A DNA stretch of 32,189 nt from a virus (lineage: Duplodnaviria; Caudoviricetes), in IMG/VR virus record IMGVR_UViG_3300023172_000113, positions 1 to 32,189 of that record, one strand, 5' to 3'. The notes beneath the pieces were generated by a model, which saw only the letters and a list, made by a program, of their open reading frames with translations, had not been told where the DNA came from and searched no databases. A program made the translations under genes and the position numbers. Of this stretch, positions 1-9,793 are shown in pieces; positions within the stretch are counted from its first letter, which is position 1, and each line of letters begins with the position of its first letter.

Positions 1-1
1 A

Positions 2-1150
2 ACACAATCAAATGGTGTTTTTACTTTAGCATCACCAATTGTGTATCGTTCAGAGGGAACTAAATATACATTAGCAGGAACTAATAGCAAATCAGTTACT
101 AATAATACTACATCAAATGATAGATATGATTTGTTATTTATTAATAGAGGAACAGATTCTTTAGATATTACTGCTGGAACATTTAATGCTAATAGTCCAA
201 AAATTGCAGACTTAGATAAAGATGATGTTCCTATTGCTATTATTAAAGTCCCATCAGGAACAGGCAGTTTAACGGGTGTAACTTTTGATTTTCAAATGTT
301 AATGTCTACTTTTGATAAAGATGAATTAAATGATGATGAAGTGGCTACTAATAAAATTGCTGACGACGCAGTTACTACTAATAAAATTGCCGATGATGCT
401 ATTACTACTGATAAAATTGTTAATGATGCTATTACTACTGATAAAATTGCTGACGATGCTGTTACTTACGCTAAAATTCAAAATGTTGTTGCTGATAATG
501 TATTATTAGGTAATGATAATGGTGCAGGTTCTCTAGTTCAAGAATTAACTAAATCTGATGTATTAACTTTACTAAATGTAGAAGATGGGGCTGATGCTAC
601 TGATGCTACAAATGTAGATGCGGCAGGTGCAATTATGCACACGGATATTCCCGATAGCGATACTGGTTTTGTTAAAAGAACTGGTTCGGAAACTTATGAT
701 ATTGATACCAACACATATTTAACTGCTGAATCAGATACTTTAGATTCAGTTACTGGAAGAGGAAATGTTACTGCGAATGACGCAACCGTAGGAACTATTA
801 CATCAACAGTTAATCAAAATCTTGGATACGAGGTGCATAATACTATTACAGGACCAATTATGACAGGTGGTAAAACTGTTGTTTATGTTGATGATATTAC
901 AGGGTTAGTTCCTCCAAATGAAGTTACTTTGCCTGTTCCTACGGCTGGAAACATTTTACATGTTGTAAATATTGGTGCAGTTCCTATTACTATTTTCGGA
1001 AATCCCGTAATTAATTTAGGTTTAACAACTCATCCAAAAATAGCAATTGCTAATCAAATAACATTAGCACCACATGAATATGTTACATTACAAGCACATA
1101 ACGATACTATTGCACCTTTAGTTACGGGTCATATGATTATTAGTGATTGA
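2..1150 (+). CDS. Virion structural / tail-fibre-like protein, 5'-truncated
   Basis: The frame is open from base 2 (TQSNGVFTLASPIVYR...), so the gene runs off the window edge. It is Thr/Asp/Asn-rich, has five DDA(V/I)TTxKI decapeptide repeats, an 'NVEDGADATDATNVDAAGA' segment typical of phage fibre proteins and a beta-rich C-terminal domain. Confidence 0.65.
   Translation, partial: TQSNGVFTLASPIVYRSEGTKYTLAGTNSKSVTNNTTSNDRYDLLFINRGTDSLDITAGTFNANSPKIADLDKDDVPIAIIKVPSGTGSLTGVTFDFQMLMSTFDKDELNDDEVATNKIADDAVTTNKIADDAITTDKIVNDAITTDKIADDAVTYAKIQNVVADNVLLGNDNGAGSLVQELTKSDVLTLLNVEDGADATDATNVDAAGAIMHTDIPDSDTGFVKRTGSETYDIDTNTYLTAESDTLDSVTGRGNVTANDATVGTITSTVNQNLGYEVHNTITGPIMTGGKTVVYVDDITGLVPPNEVTLPVPTAGNILHVVNIGAVPITIFGNPVINLGLTTHPKIAIANQITLAPHEYVTLQAHNDTIAPLVTGHMIISD
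332..481 (+). repeat. Five imperfect 30-bp in-frame tandem repeats (DDAxTTxKIA)
   Basis: gatgatgaagtggctactaataaaattgct / gacgacgcagttactactaataaaattgcc / gatgatgctattactactgataaaattgtt / aatgatgctattactactgataaaattgct / gacgatgctgttacttacgctaaaattcaa. Confidence 0.9.
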
Positions 1151-1334
1151 TATGCAGGAAGTTTGTTTAGAAGACTTTTGCATTTCAGTATACTTATTGA
1201 CAATTTTAATTATAGTAGAATTATTAATTTATACATTAATAGCATTAGGCGCATATAAATTATACTATAAAATTAAATCCAAATTATCATATATATGGTC
1301 TAATAGAAAAAATAGCAAAAAATCAAAAAATTGA
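1143..1334 (+). CDS. Small single-pass membrane protein
   Basis: Long hydrophobic stretch (ISVYLLTILIIVELLIYTLIALGAY) followed by a basic tail; overlaps the upstream stop. Confidence 0.6.
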   Translation: MIDMQEVCLEDFCISVYLLTILIIVELLIYTLIALGAYKLYYKIKSKLSYIWSNRKNSKKSKN

Positions 1335-1343
1335 AAAATCGGC

Positions 1344-1390
1344 GTGAAAAATGGGGGCAGGGACAAAATTCCCTACCCCCGAAATTTCAC
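1344..1390. terminator. GC-rich hairpin between convergent modules
   Basis: GTGAAA..GGGGG-C-AGGGA / TCCCT-A-CCCCC..TTTCAC inverted repeat in the gap where + and - gene blocks converge. Confidence 0.65.
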
Positions 1391-1402
1391 AATAATGGGT
1401 CT

Positions 1403-2008
1403 TTACCACTCAACACTAAGGTCTTCAAATTTATTTTTAACCTCATCAAAATATTTTACAATACCATTTTCTTTACCATGCATCCACAAATCGTATGTCA
1501 ATTGTGAATCTTTTAAACAATAATCTGCAACACTTGAATATAAACCCTGATTCCACTTAAACACGGAATCTACACTACTCATATTTTTCTGGTCGGAAAT
1601 TGTATTCTTAACCAGATTATCTAAATGAATTCTCTTACCATGATTTTTTAATAGATACGCTGAGGTATCAATACATCTGGTTTCCCTTTCTTCAAGAAAC
1701 TTGCGGACAATGTAAATGTCCATAGCATCTCTAAGAACAGGTAAATCAAAAGCATTAATATTATGCCCTAATAGAATTCCACCCTTTTGAAAGTGCTCAT
1801 CTAAATCAAACTTTAATTGTCTAAGCGGTTTAATTTCTACACTCTCTTCTTTCTTTAATTCGCCAATTTCTTCATCAATATAAATTACACCTTTATTTCC
1901 ATCCCATGTAGTTACGCAAGCAACTTTAAACAGATGGGTATTTTCCCATCCACCAATGTCATAACTCAAGTTTTTAGTTTCAATATCAAACGATAATACA
2001 TTACTCAT
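1403..2008 (-). CDS. DEDD-family (DnaQ/RNase H-like) 3'-5' exonuclease
   Basis: ExoI SFDIET, ExoII GHNINAFDL, ExoIII YCLKDSQLT. Confidence 0.85.
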   Translation of the reverse strand: MSNVLSFDIETKNLSYDIGGWENTHLFKVACVTTWDGNKGVIYIDEEIGELKKEESVEIKPLRQLKFDLDEHFQKGGILLGHNINAFDLPVLRDAMDIYIVRKFLEERETRCIDTSAYLLKNHGKRIHLDNLVKNTISDQKNMSSVDSVFKWNQGLYSSVADYCLKDSQLTYDLWMHGKENGIVKYFDEVKNKFEDLSVEW

Positions 2009-3539
2009 CTTCTTTCACCTTTAATTTTACATATGTTTTTGTTTTTCTAACCTCTTCAAATAGATGCTTTACACTTTCCCAATGGCGATAAAATTTATTT
2101 CTTCCACATTGTTCATTCTTTCTGAATGCTTCAATCATCAAACGCTTATCAACCCAACCTGCGCTACCATCTATGGTCGTCTTTGGTTGTGTAGTATTGT
2201 AGGCATTAATAAACATTTTCTCGTTATACTTGTCAGCCAAACGCTTGGGTCGCTTTTTCAGTTTGTCCTCAAACCACTTTGTAATGGATTCAAAAGATTG
2301 GTCGGTCAAACTCCTACCTTGATTAATGTGTCGTGCAGTAATTTTAGGACTTCTTTCGCTGATTGCACAAAGGGCGGCGGCAATACAAATATTGTTAATC
2401 ATGTTCATAAAGAAGGTATTGATAGCAACATAGATATTATCATCAAAGCCATTCATGTATTTTTTCATAGCCGCCCAAACAATCTTAATTGCACCTTTTG
2501 CTTCTTCGGTCATTTCAAGAACCTTTCTTTTATCACCATCAACCTTTTCTAAACGCTGGTGAACCCACTTGTATGAAGAGTAAAGCATTTCAGCAAACTC
2601 TTCTTGGTATGGGGCTGCCCCACCATCATCTTCAATAATTTCCCCAATCATGTCCAAATAATCTTCCTCCATCTGACTCCTTAAAGACTCAGGGATTTCA
2701 CGCACATAAAGCCACATACGCTGGAAAACACCCTTTGTTAAGATAACTCTTTCTAATCCTTCGGGTGGTAGCGTGGTAGCCCAAAGAGAGCGTTGCGAAT
2801 CAACAATTAAATCTCTTCCAAAGTTAGTCAAACGCTTCTTGATTAGATGTGATTTAGAATCAAGACGGTTCATAAACTTCTGAAACAACATGACTGTTTC
2901 TTGCTTGTGTTGCGACTCCTTAAAAATACCAGAATGTTCAAACTCATCAAAAGCAATAATACCTGAACCATACAGACTCCCATAAATTGTCTTATCAATT
3001 GTTTCTTTAATATCATAGTCTTCTCCATTTGCTCTTGCTTCTCTTGCATCGGCCTTACTATAGTCTGGATTAGGTGCATCAATCTGCATTGTTCCTAATA
3101 AACCTTGGTCGGTAAAACTATCAGGGTTCTCAAGAGTAAATTCCTTTACGCCTGTAAGCGGTGTTTGGTTTTGAGTCGTAGGCCAAGCATTAACTAAATC
3201 AAAAGTTTTTGTCCAGACAGGTTCAAGAAAATCAAACATGGTTGTTTTACCACTTCTTGATGTTTGAATCCAACAGAAATGAATCCTCGGTTCAAGTGCA
3301 AGTCTCCCAACAGGAATCCTAACTATATCCTTTAGAATTTGCCCTAAAGTTACAAAGTATGACATTTGTGCTGGATATTCATTGTGGAGTGAAAACTGTC
3401 CCACTACATCTGTCCATTTTTTGACATTCTTTGGTAAATCTACTTTCTTTGAACGGATAGTTTCAAGTCCACTATCCGTGTCAGTAACTTTAGCCAAAGC
3501 ATCATACATTTCCCATTCATCTATATTTAAATCTTCCAT
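2001..3539 (-). CDS. MCM-like AAA+ replicative helicase
   Basis: Walker A TSRSGKTT, MCM-like Walker B IIAFDEFEH, Arg-finger-like FQRMWL, probable C-terminal winged helix; lies next to the primase in the replication block. Confidence 0.65.
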   Translation of the reverse strand: MEDLNIDEWEMYDALAKVTDTDSGLETIRSKKVDLPKNVKKWTDVVGQFSLHNEYPAQMSYFVTLGQILKDIVRIPVGRLALEPRIHFCWIQTSRSGKTTMFDFLEPVWTKTFDLVNAWPTTQNQTPLTGVKEFTLENPDSFTDQGLLGTMQIDAPNPDYSKADAREARANGEDYDIKETIDKTIYGSLYGSGIIAFDEFEHSGIFKESQHKQETVMLFQKFMNRLDSKSHLIKKRLTNFGRDLIVDSQRSLWATTLPPEGLERVILTKGVFQRMWLYVREIPESLRSQMEEDYLDMIGEIIEDDGGAAPYQEEFAEMLYSSYKWVHQRLEKVDGDKRKVLEMTEEAKGAIKIVWAAMKKYMNGFDDNIYVAINTFFMNMINNICIAAALCAISERSPKITARHINQGRSLTDQSFESITKWFEDKLKKRPKRLADKYNEKMFINAYNTTQPKTTIDGSAGWVDKRLMIEAFRKNEQCGRNKFYRHWESVKHLFEEVRKTKTYVKLKVKEDE

Positions 3540-4216
3540 TAATATTTCACCTCTTCTTCTTTGTTTAGTGCCTCAAGTATATTTTCAGCAGTTTTCTTTC
3601 CTATCCCTTTATGTTTTGATATAACACTAATTGTGGACATGGATATTTCTGCAATACTACCAAAGGTCTTTAGTAAGGCTTTTGCTTTTTCAACTGAAAC
3701 GCCTTTGATTTCAGTTAAAATGTCTACTCTAACATCGTCTGTTTTAATTTTCTTTGGTAACTCTTTGTGTATAACTAATTCTTTATCTATATGTTGTGTC
3801 GTTGCTACTATAATATGTGATGCTGTTTTGTAATTATCTACCCATATAGGTTTAACATCGGTGTGTAATGCGATAGAAGTTATTGCGCCAACGAACATTT
3901 GTTTCAATTTAACCCTCCAAGAAGATGTATTATATTGTGTTCTTTGAAGATATGAAATAGCATCGTCTAAAGTTCCATAAATTAATATAATGTTCTTATT
4001 ATAGGTCCTATCCATATTATCTAACTGATTAAAAATTCTTTTGTTTCTCACCGACTGTAAAAAGTCTGCGGCTGATTTTGCTTCAATACAGCAATCACCA
4101 ATAATATAATCTCCTATTTCCAACCATTTCTTTTCTGTTTCTATTTTAAGTCTCTCGGCAATTGTTTCTACTGCCCTACTTAACTGCGATTCTTCTCTAC
4201 TATCAATTATAATCAT
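3539..4216 (-). CDS. ERCC4/XPF-family structure-specific nuclease with HhH domain
   Basis: IIDSRE, L-x-IGDYII...IEAKS..DF..S core; C-terminal HhH2 (IKGVSVEKA...FGSIAEI...KGIGKKTA). Confidence 0.9.
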   Translation of the reverse strand: MIIIDSREESQLSRAVETIAERLKIETEKKWLEIGDYIIGDCCIEAKSAADFLQSVRNKRIFNQLDNMDRTYNKNIILIYGTLDDAISYLQRTQYNTSSWRVKLKQMFVGAITSIALHTDVKPIWVDNYKTASHIIVATTQHIDKELVIHKELPKKIKTDDVRVDILTEIKGVSVEKAKALLKTFGSIAEISMSTISVISKHKGIGKKTAENILEALNKEEEVKY

Positions 4217-5259
4217 TCACCATACCTCCAACATTTACCTACACACAGTCCTTCTTCAATCAATGTTTCACAATGAGGAGACATGTATCTCTTATCTACA
4301 ATAAATGATACTTGTTCTTGTGTCGTATATTGGTTATAATCAATCCAAATGTCTTCGTTTGATGCTATCAATTTAATCTCATTATTGATAATTGCTTTTA
4401 TATCAATCAAAGCGTCTCCAGATAATTGCCTTGGAGTGCATTTAAGTTCATTTTTCATAATTGCATATTCTGATAAAAACTCGTTATACCATTGAACAAG
4501 TAAAACTCTCGCACGATGATTAGGGTTTTCAACCATAATAGCATTTTTAAGACACGGTAAAATAGGTAAATCACCAGGACTTTCAACACTATGAATTTCA
4601 ACTTCCATGTTTTCCATCTTTTTAACAGACGGCCAAGACACTAAACGATGCCCAAAAACCGTAGGCTTTTCTTTAACAGGACCATTTTTAGATAAATCCA
4701 GTATATTTCTTATTCCAGAAGAAATAGTTTTGTCTGTAAGTGGAATACACCAACGGTTTGCACCGAGGTGATATGTATTTTGAACCCTTCTTAAACGACC
4801 TGTATTAATAACTACTGTATCAAGATAAGGACTTTTATCAATAACATCGTGACATATGTTAAAAAATGCTTTGATTTCACGAAGCGACCTTGCTTGAACA
4901 CCATAAACGAACATATGAAACCCACGACCTGAAAAAGAAACTGTATGTTTGTATTTCTTCTCTAAAAGCCAGCGATGTAAAACAAGCATATGTTCATATA
5001 AGTCACTCAATTCTTCTTCTTTTCCATGAGCATCAAAATCAAGAAATATTCTATCAAGGATAATTGAATACTCAAGACCACGATTATTTGAAAAATGTTC
5101 ATAATCATAAACCGATGTAAAAACATTCATCTTTCCGTTATACATTGAAATAAAATTCTTATACTCTGTAAGATTTTTTACAATAATTCTGGAAGGTTCT
5201 CTTGCTCTATTCCTTAGACTCCCTGCCCACATTTCTCTCGGAAAATACAAACTTTTCAC
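4213..5259 (-). CDS. Archaeo-eukaryotic primase, PriS fused to a PriL-like Fe-S C-terminal domain
   Basis: AEP motifs FLDFD, FSGRGFH, RLRRVQNT; C-terminal LPC...NHRARV...SPHCETL...LCVGKC. The true start may be the TTG (MYFPRE) just after the GAGGTGA RBS. Confidence 0.85.
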   Translation of the reverse strand: MKSLYFPREMWAGSLRNRAREPSRIIVKNLTEYKNFISMYNGKMNVFTSVYDYEHFSNNRGLEYSIILDRIFLDFDAHGKEEELSDLYEHMLVLHRWLLEKKYKHTVSFSGRGFHMFVYGVQARSLREIKAFFNICHDVIDKSPYLDTVVINTGRLRRVQNTYHLGANRWCIPLTDKTISSGIRNILDLSKNGPVKEKPTVFGHRLVSWPSVKKMENMEVEIHSVESPGDLPILPCLKNAIMVENPNHRARVLLVQWYNEFLSEYAIMKNELKCTPRQLSGDALIDIKAIINNEIKLIASNEDIWIDYNQYTTQEQVSFIVDKRYMSPHCETLIEEGLCVGKCWRYGE

Positions 5260-5341
5260 CTCTTCTTTTACTACAAATTGAACAGTATTTATTGATTCTT
5301 AGGGTAAGATATGCTTTGCAATCTTTACAATATTTTCCCAT
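5207..5341 (-). CDS. 44-aa CxxC...CxxC microprotein (not in ORF track)
   Basis: MGKYCKDCKAYLTLRINKYCSICSKRRGEKFVFSERNVGRESKE; the ATG directly follows the upstream stop. Confidence 0.55.
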   Translation of the reverse strand: MGKYCKDCKAYLTLRINKYCSICSKRRGEKFVFSERNVGRESKE

Positions 5342-5821
5342 CTAAATCATACCTGACTTTCTTTTTTCTTCTTCGGACATTAACTTAGTGTCTTGTCTAA
5401 TTCTTTCTTTTAAGGTCATTATAGCCTCATCTTTATCAACACTTGTTGTATCTGTTCCCATCTGTTTTTCATCAGGTTTTTGAACCTCTTCACTTTCTTC
5501 TTCAACTTTATCACTTCCAAAATCAACTGTTGCGGTCTTTAAAAAATTTGTTAATACAAATGAAACCATAATGTTTAGTTCTTTTCTAAGATGTTCAGAC
5601 ATATCCTTTGATAAATCTGATTGCGTAAGAATTTCCCATTTCATGCTATTATCCATATCACTAACTAGTGTATCAACAATGCTTTCTGTTATTTCTTCAG
5701 CATTAAGTATATCGTTAATAGTCCAAACTCTTCCTCTGATAACATCTTCAATAACACCGCTTTTTAGAAAAGTATGAACTTTTCCAACCTTATAAACTTT
5801 TTCAGCCTTAGAACCATTCAT
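5342..5821 (-). CDS. Hypothetical protein
   Basis: Likely start MNGSKAEK overlapping the end of the Cas4-like gene; acidic linker; no recognised motif. Confidence 0.6.
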   Translation of the reverse strand: MNGSKAEKVYKVGKVHTFLKSGVIEDVIRGRVWTINDILNAEEITESIVDTLVSDMDNSMKWEILTQSDLSKDMSEHLRKELNIMVSFVLTNFLKTATVDFGSDKVEEESEEVQKPDEKQMGTDTTSVDKDEAIMTLKERIRQDTKLMSEEEKRKSGMI

Positions 5822-6680
5822 ATTGGTCGCCACCGTCTGCCGCTTCACAATGGTCGTAATGTCCACAATGAATACACTTTTTGTAAAAGTAAGAAGCCTT
5901 AAAATCGTTCTCCATATAAGCATTAATTAATTTATCAATGGAGTTCAATACAGCAGTTTCAGAACGCTTACTAACCTTTTCAGCATAAACATAATTAGAA
6001 GCGGGGTAATACCAAGCCCAATGAGTAAATTTGATATTTGGGTCAAGACCATTTTCTAATAGCAATTCTCTATCGGCATTATCAAATAGCAACTTATAGA
6101 AAGCCATTTCTTTACGCATCATAGTTTTCTTACTATCTTTCCAAGCACCTGTTTTTAATTCCATAGGAATATAACCATTGTTCTCAAAAAACAGTCTATC
6201 AATAATACCCTGAAGGTGAACTGTAATACCACTTTCGGTTGTGAACTTGGCATCCAATTTAATCTCATTTCCAATAGGTATAAATGTATCAAGCGTATCA
6301 TCCTCTTTGCATTCAATAAATCTCTCAGTATTATATGCTGACATAGCCGTATAAAGAACTTCGTATTCTTCGTTGTCTGTTTCTGGGTATAGACTTCTAA
6401 AATGTTTTTGAAGTTCCATAGGATTTTCAACAAAATTTAAAGCGTCTTCAATTTTTACAATCTTCCAAAAGTCTTCTTGTGCGTTGTGAACAACAGTTCC
6501 TTTAATCATCGCAGGTGAAGTTTTTTGTTTAATGCTATCAATATAGTTATACTTGTATGACAAATTACAGAAGCCAAATGTTCCTATTGAAGATTTAGTA
6601 ATCTTCAACATTGGTCCTTCTTTATTATTTGGTTCCCATAAATATGTATATTCTCCGTTTTCTGTTCTCATTTCAATCAC
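5808..6680 (-). CDS. Cas4-like / RecB-type PD-(D/E)XK nuclease
   Basis: N-terminal Cys (FGFC), GTVVH, GIIDRL...MELKTG nuclease core, C-terminal CxxC-x5-C Fe-S ligands. Confidence 0.85.
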   Translation of the reverse strand: MIEMRTENGEYTYLWEPNNKEGPMLKITKSSIGTFGFCNLSYKYNYIDSIKQKTSPAMIKGTVVHNAQEDFWKIVKIEDALNFVENPMELQKHFRSLYPETDNEEYEVLYTAMSAYNTERFIECKEDDTLDTFIPIGNEIKLDAKFTTESGITVHLQGIIDRLFFENNGYIPMELKTGAWKDSKKTMMRKEMAFYKLLFDNADRELLLENGLDPNIKFTHWAWYYPASNYVYAEKVSKRSETAVLNSIDKLINAYMENDFKASYFYKKCIHCGHYDHCEAADGGDQYEWF

Positions 6681-6706
6681 CTTTTCTTTTGTTTTATCTG
6701 GGAGAA

Positions 6707-7189
6707 TTATTTCCTCCCGTTCTCTTTTTTTAGTTCGTCAATATATTGACTTGCCTCCTGTCTTGTTGTAATACCTTCCATATCTCCACCAAGTTTTTTA
6801 ATAAACTTGATTTGATTTTCAGTAGGTTCTTTATCAGCGTTTTCTTTGGAGACTTTCTTTGTTGCCCCTTCTAAGTTTGACCTTAGCATAGAAGCCGTAG
6901 TTAAATCATGACAACGCTTACACAATTCAACTACATTAGACCTTGCACTAATAAGATGGTCTAATCCTTCTTTCTTGCATTTATGTTGTGAAATAATGTG
7001 ATGCCATTCTGTATATCCATCAACACCTTTTTGTCCACAAATGGTGCAAGAACCTGTCTTAACCCACAGTTTTTGTTCTTCTTCTTGTAGTTCTGCAAGT
7101 CTAACTTCTAATAAATCAAATGTGTCTGATAACAATTGCATCTCACTTTTGATTTCTAATATCTCTTTAATATTGCTTTTATCTCTCAT
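6707..7189 (-). CDS. HNH endonuclease-domain protein
   Basis: CTICG...EWHHII...NVVELCKRCHD; N-terminal coiled coil; C-terminal PTENQIKFI...TRQEAS.YID module. Confidence 0.8.
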   Translation of the reverse strand: MRDKSNIKEILEIKSEMQLLSDTFDLLEVRLAELQEEEQKLWVKTGSCTICGQKGVDGYTEWHHIISQHKCKKEGLDHLISARSNVVELCKRCHDLTTASMLRSNLEGATKKVSKENADKEPTENQIKFIKKLGGDMEGITTRQEASQYIDELKKENGRK

Positions 7190-7190
7190 T

Positions 7191-9593
7191 TTACCACCAA
7201 CTATCTAATGTTGTTTGTCTGCCGTCGTTGGCTATTCCCATTAAATCCCACCTTAGAGATTCATAAATCAATTTGACTTTCTTAATAATTTCAGATTCAG
7301 CAAGTCTTTTCCAATTGATAGGGTAGAAGTCTTCTACTTCTTCATATTTCTTAAATGCAATATATTCTACATTCCTTGTTTTATCACCCACATTATATTT
7401 CGTTGGATATTTTTTGATGCCTTTATTATCTACATTGTAGTAATAATAACTATCACCAACTTCAATAGTCCCAATTTGTTCATTGTAAATCAATACACCA
7501 GCAGAACCTCCAGCGATTGAATCGTATTCGTCTAATGATTTTCTTAGACGAGTTCTTTTAATAACTGATTTAGGTTCATACTTTCCACCCTTTACAAGTT
7601 TATACATAGCCTTTGTGTATTTAGTAACATCATCTTCATTCTTCCCAGATGCTACCATTTCTAAAACTTTCTTTTGAACAGTCTTAGCCAACTTTGTTTC
7701 GTTTGATTTTTTCATCTCAAAGCCCATCACAAAGAATTGATTTTCTTTCAACCATACACCTTCCTTCCAAGATAGATAACCACAGTAGCGATTTTTCTTC
7801 ATAGATAGGAAAAAGGTTTCTGCAAACTTTTCAAACTCAAGAACCACATTGTCGTTAAATACTTCCTTCTGAATATATTCGTTTAGTTTAATGCACAACT
7901 GTTCAGCATCTGCAACATCTTTTACCTTAACGAAGATTGAATCCGTGTGTCCATAGATAACCGAATATCCCAACTCTTGTGATTTAAATGCAACGCTTCT
8001 CATAGCCTCTCTTGCTGATGCCGTGATTGCTTGAGCCATTTCCATGTCGCCCCAACCATACCCGTCTTTAGCCAAAACACCATAGAGGGCGTTCACACCA
8101 CGCTTTGTAGCCATTTGTGCTGAATCCCACTTTCTGTATTCTTCATCGTTCTTGGCTTCCTTACGCTTCTTCTTGTAATCATCACGCAATTTCATTAGGG
8201 TCAAAACCGCCTTTGGTAATACGCCTAACGAATCTTTGGTAAAGGAAACACTTGGTCTTTCTGGTTTGAACGCTACAAGGTTTTTAGGTGTAGCAAAATA
8301 CACTTTATGGGCATCTTGATTAAGGGTTTTTGTTTCCCATGAAATGTTTCGTGCGGCCATCATGCTTGGGTATAGAGATTTGAAATCAAAAATGGCTACA
8401 TTTTCATGTCTTCCGTATGTATCTTCTTCCTCAGGATTCATAACGAATGCCGCTTCATACTTTGTTTTATTTCCCTTAACACCTGTTGGTGCTTTCCAAT
8501 TAGAATGACGCATAAAATAAGCCGCACCCATTTGTGAATTATGAAACACGCACTCAAAAGGACAGATGAACAACTGTTGAAGTGCAATATCATTCTGTGT
8601 AATGTTCATCTCATTATCCATGCGAACCATCAATTCTACATCTACTCGGTTATACTCAAGAAATGTTTCACTATCTTCTAACCAAGAGCGCAAGAAAAAT
8701 TCATCCTCATCAAATTTAGAAGTTTTAGAAACCTTACCAGCATCTTGACCAAGAACCAATTTAGAACAGTCGTCTAATTTAAGAGATGGTAAAGTTCCTC
8801 TTTGTGCATCAAGCCAAAGTCGTTCAAAACGAGTCATAAGACAATATGTAATTCTACCCTTGATTGGTTGAGCCGTATTGGTATAATTGATATTGTATAA
8901 TTTGGTATCAGAAACCCCACGCACTTCACGGTGAGGACTTAACTTTCGTGGACTAATACCATTGTGGTGCATTCTTTCAATAATCTTAGGAATATCAAAA
9001 CCAAGAAGATACCAACCAATAATCATATCTGGGTCTTTATCTTGCATAAATTCAACGAATGCTTCCAACAAGTCATGTTCATCCTCATAAACCAATACGC
9101 CGTCATATTGTGGTAGTGGCTCTTGTGGAAAATGAGTCATAATAAAATATCTTTCATCGTATGAATCGTAAAAGGTCAAGGCGTTAATTTGTCCATCATA
9201 ACGACCACCCACTTGTGTTTCAATATCAAGATACCATTTTCGCATTTTGTATTCAGGGATTTCAGTAAGTCTATCATTAGCATATTTACGGGCAAGTGAT
9301 ATATCACCTTCATATGTATACTCCCAATTATCACGGGCTTCATACAAGTCTTGGACTGTATTAAACGAAACCTTAATTAGTTTGCGATTATCAAGTGAAT
9401 GATAATCACCAAAGTTATACTGAGGTTTAATACTCTCCATCCAACGCTTTTTAGTGGGTATGGTTGAAGGCATTTCATCACCTTGACGAATAAAGAAGTA
9501 GGGTTTGAAAGATTCAACCGTTTCTGTTTTTCTTTCACCATTTTCGTCTCGCCAACGCAATTCAACATTATTTTTTGCTTCACTAATAATCAA
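7191..9593 (-). CDS. polB: Family B DNA polymerase
   Basis: Exo motifs YLDIET, GFDIP, YNRVDV; polymerase motifs FDFKSLYPS, KxxxNALYG, YGHTDS, KKNRY; C-terminal PIP box QTTLDSWW. Confidence 0.97.
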   Translation of the reverse strand: MIISEAKNNVELRWRDENGERKTETVESFKPYFFIRQGDEMPSTIPTKKRWMESIKPQYNFGDYHSLDNRKLIKVSFNTVQDLYEARDNWEYTYEGDISLARKYANDRLTEIPEYKMRKWYLDIETQVGGRYDGQINALTFYDSYDERYFIMTHFPQEPLPQYDGVLVYEDEHDLLEAFVEFMQDKDPDMIIGWYLLGFDIPKIIERMHHNGISPRKLSPHREVRGVSDTKLYNINYTNTAQPIKGRITYCLMTRFERLWLDAQRGTLPSLKLDDCSKLVLGQDAGKVSKTSKFDEDEFFLRSWLEDSETFLEYNRVDVELMVRMDNEMNITQNDIALQQLFICPFECVFHNSQMGAAYFMRHSNWKAPTGVKGNKTKYEAAFVMNPEEEDTYGRHENVAIFDFKSLYPSMMAARNISWETKTLNQDAHKVYFATPKNLVAFKPERPSVSFTKDSLGVLPKAVLTLMKLRDDYKKKRKEAKNDEEYRKWDSAQMATKRGVNALYGVLAKDGYGWGDMEMAQAITASAREAMRSVAFKSQELGYSVIYGHTDSIFVKVKDVADAEQLCIKLNEYIQKEVFNDNVVLEFEKFAETFFLSMKKNRYCGYLSWKEGVWLKENQFFVMGFEMKKSNETKLAKTVQKKVLEMVASGKNEDDVTKYTKAMYKLVKGGKYEPKSVIKRTRLRKSLDEYDSIAGGSAGVLIYNEQIGTIEVGDSYYYYNVDNKGIKKYPTKYNVGDKTRNVEYIAFKKYEEVEDFYPINWKRLAESEIIKKVKLIYESLRWDLMGIANDGRQTTLDSWW

Positions 9594-9793
9594 TCTATCA
9601 CATCCATTTCTAATAGTCTGTCATGTAAGTAATTACATTGTTCAGGTAATACATGACATTGACCGCTTGCTCGGTAACCTCTAATATAAATAGCGGGTTG
9701 TCCTTTAAATATAACGCCATTACAAAGTCTACATCTTGCTAAACCTGTTCCTTCTTTTACTCCAAAACCAACAGGCATTATATCACAATCCAT
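9590..9793 (-). CDS. Small CxxC...H...C zinc-finger protein, paralog of 21714..21929
   Basis: GTGLARCRLCNGVI...GYRASGQCHVLPEQC; likely start MDCDIM or MPVGF. Confidence 0.65.
   Translation of the reverse strand: MDCDIMPVGFGVKEGTGLARCRLCNGVIFKGQPAIYIRGYRASGQCHVLPEQCNYLHDRLLEMDVID

Noticed and set aside
5808-6680. Cas4-like gene as evidence of a CRISPR-Cas system
   Set aside because: No repeat-spacer array or other cas genes were seen; solo Cas4-like nucleases are common in archaeal virus replication modules.
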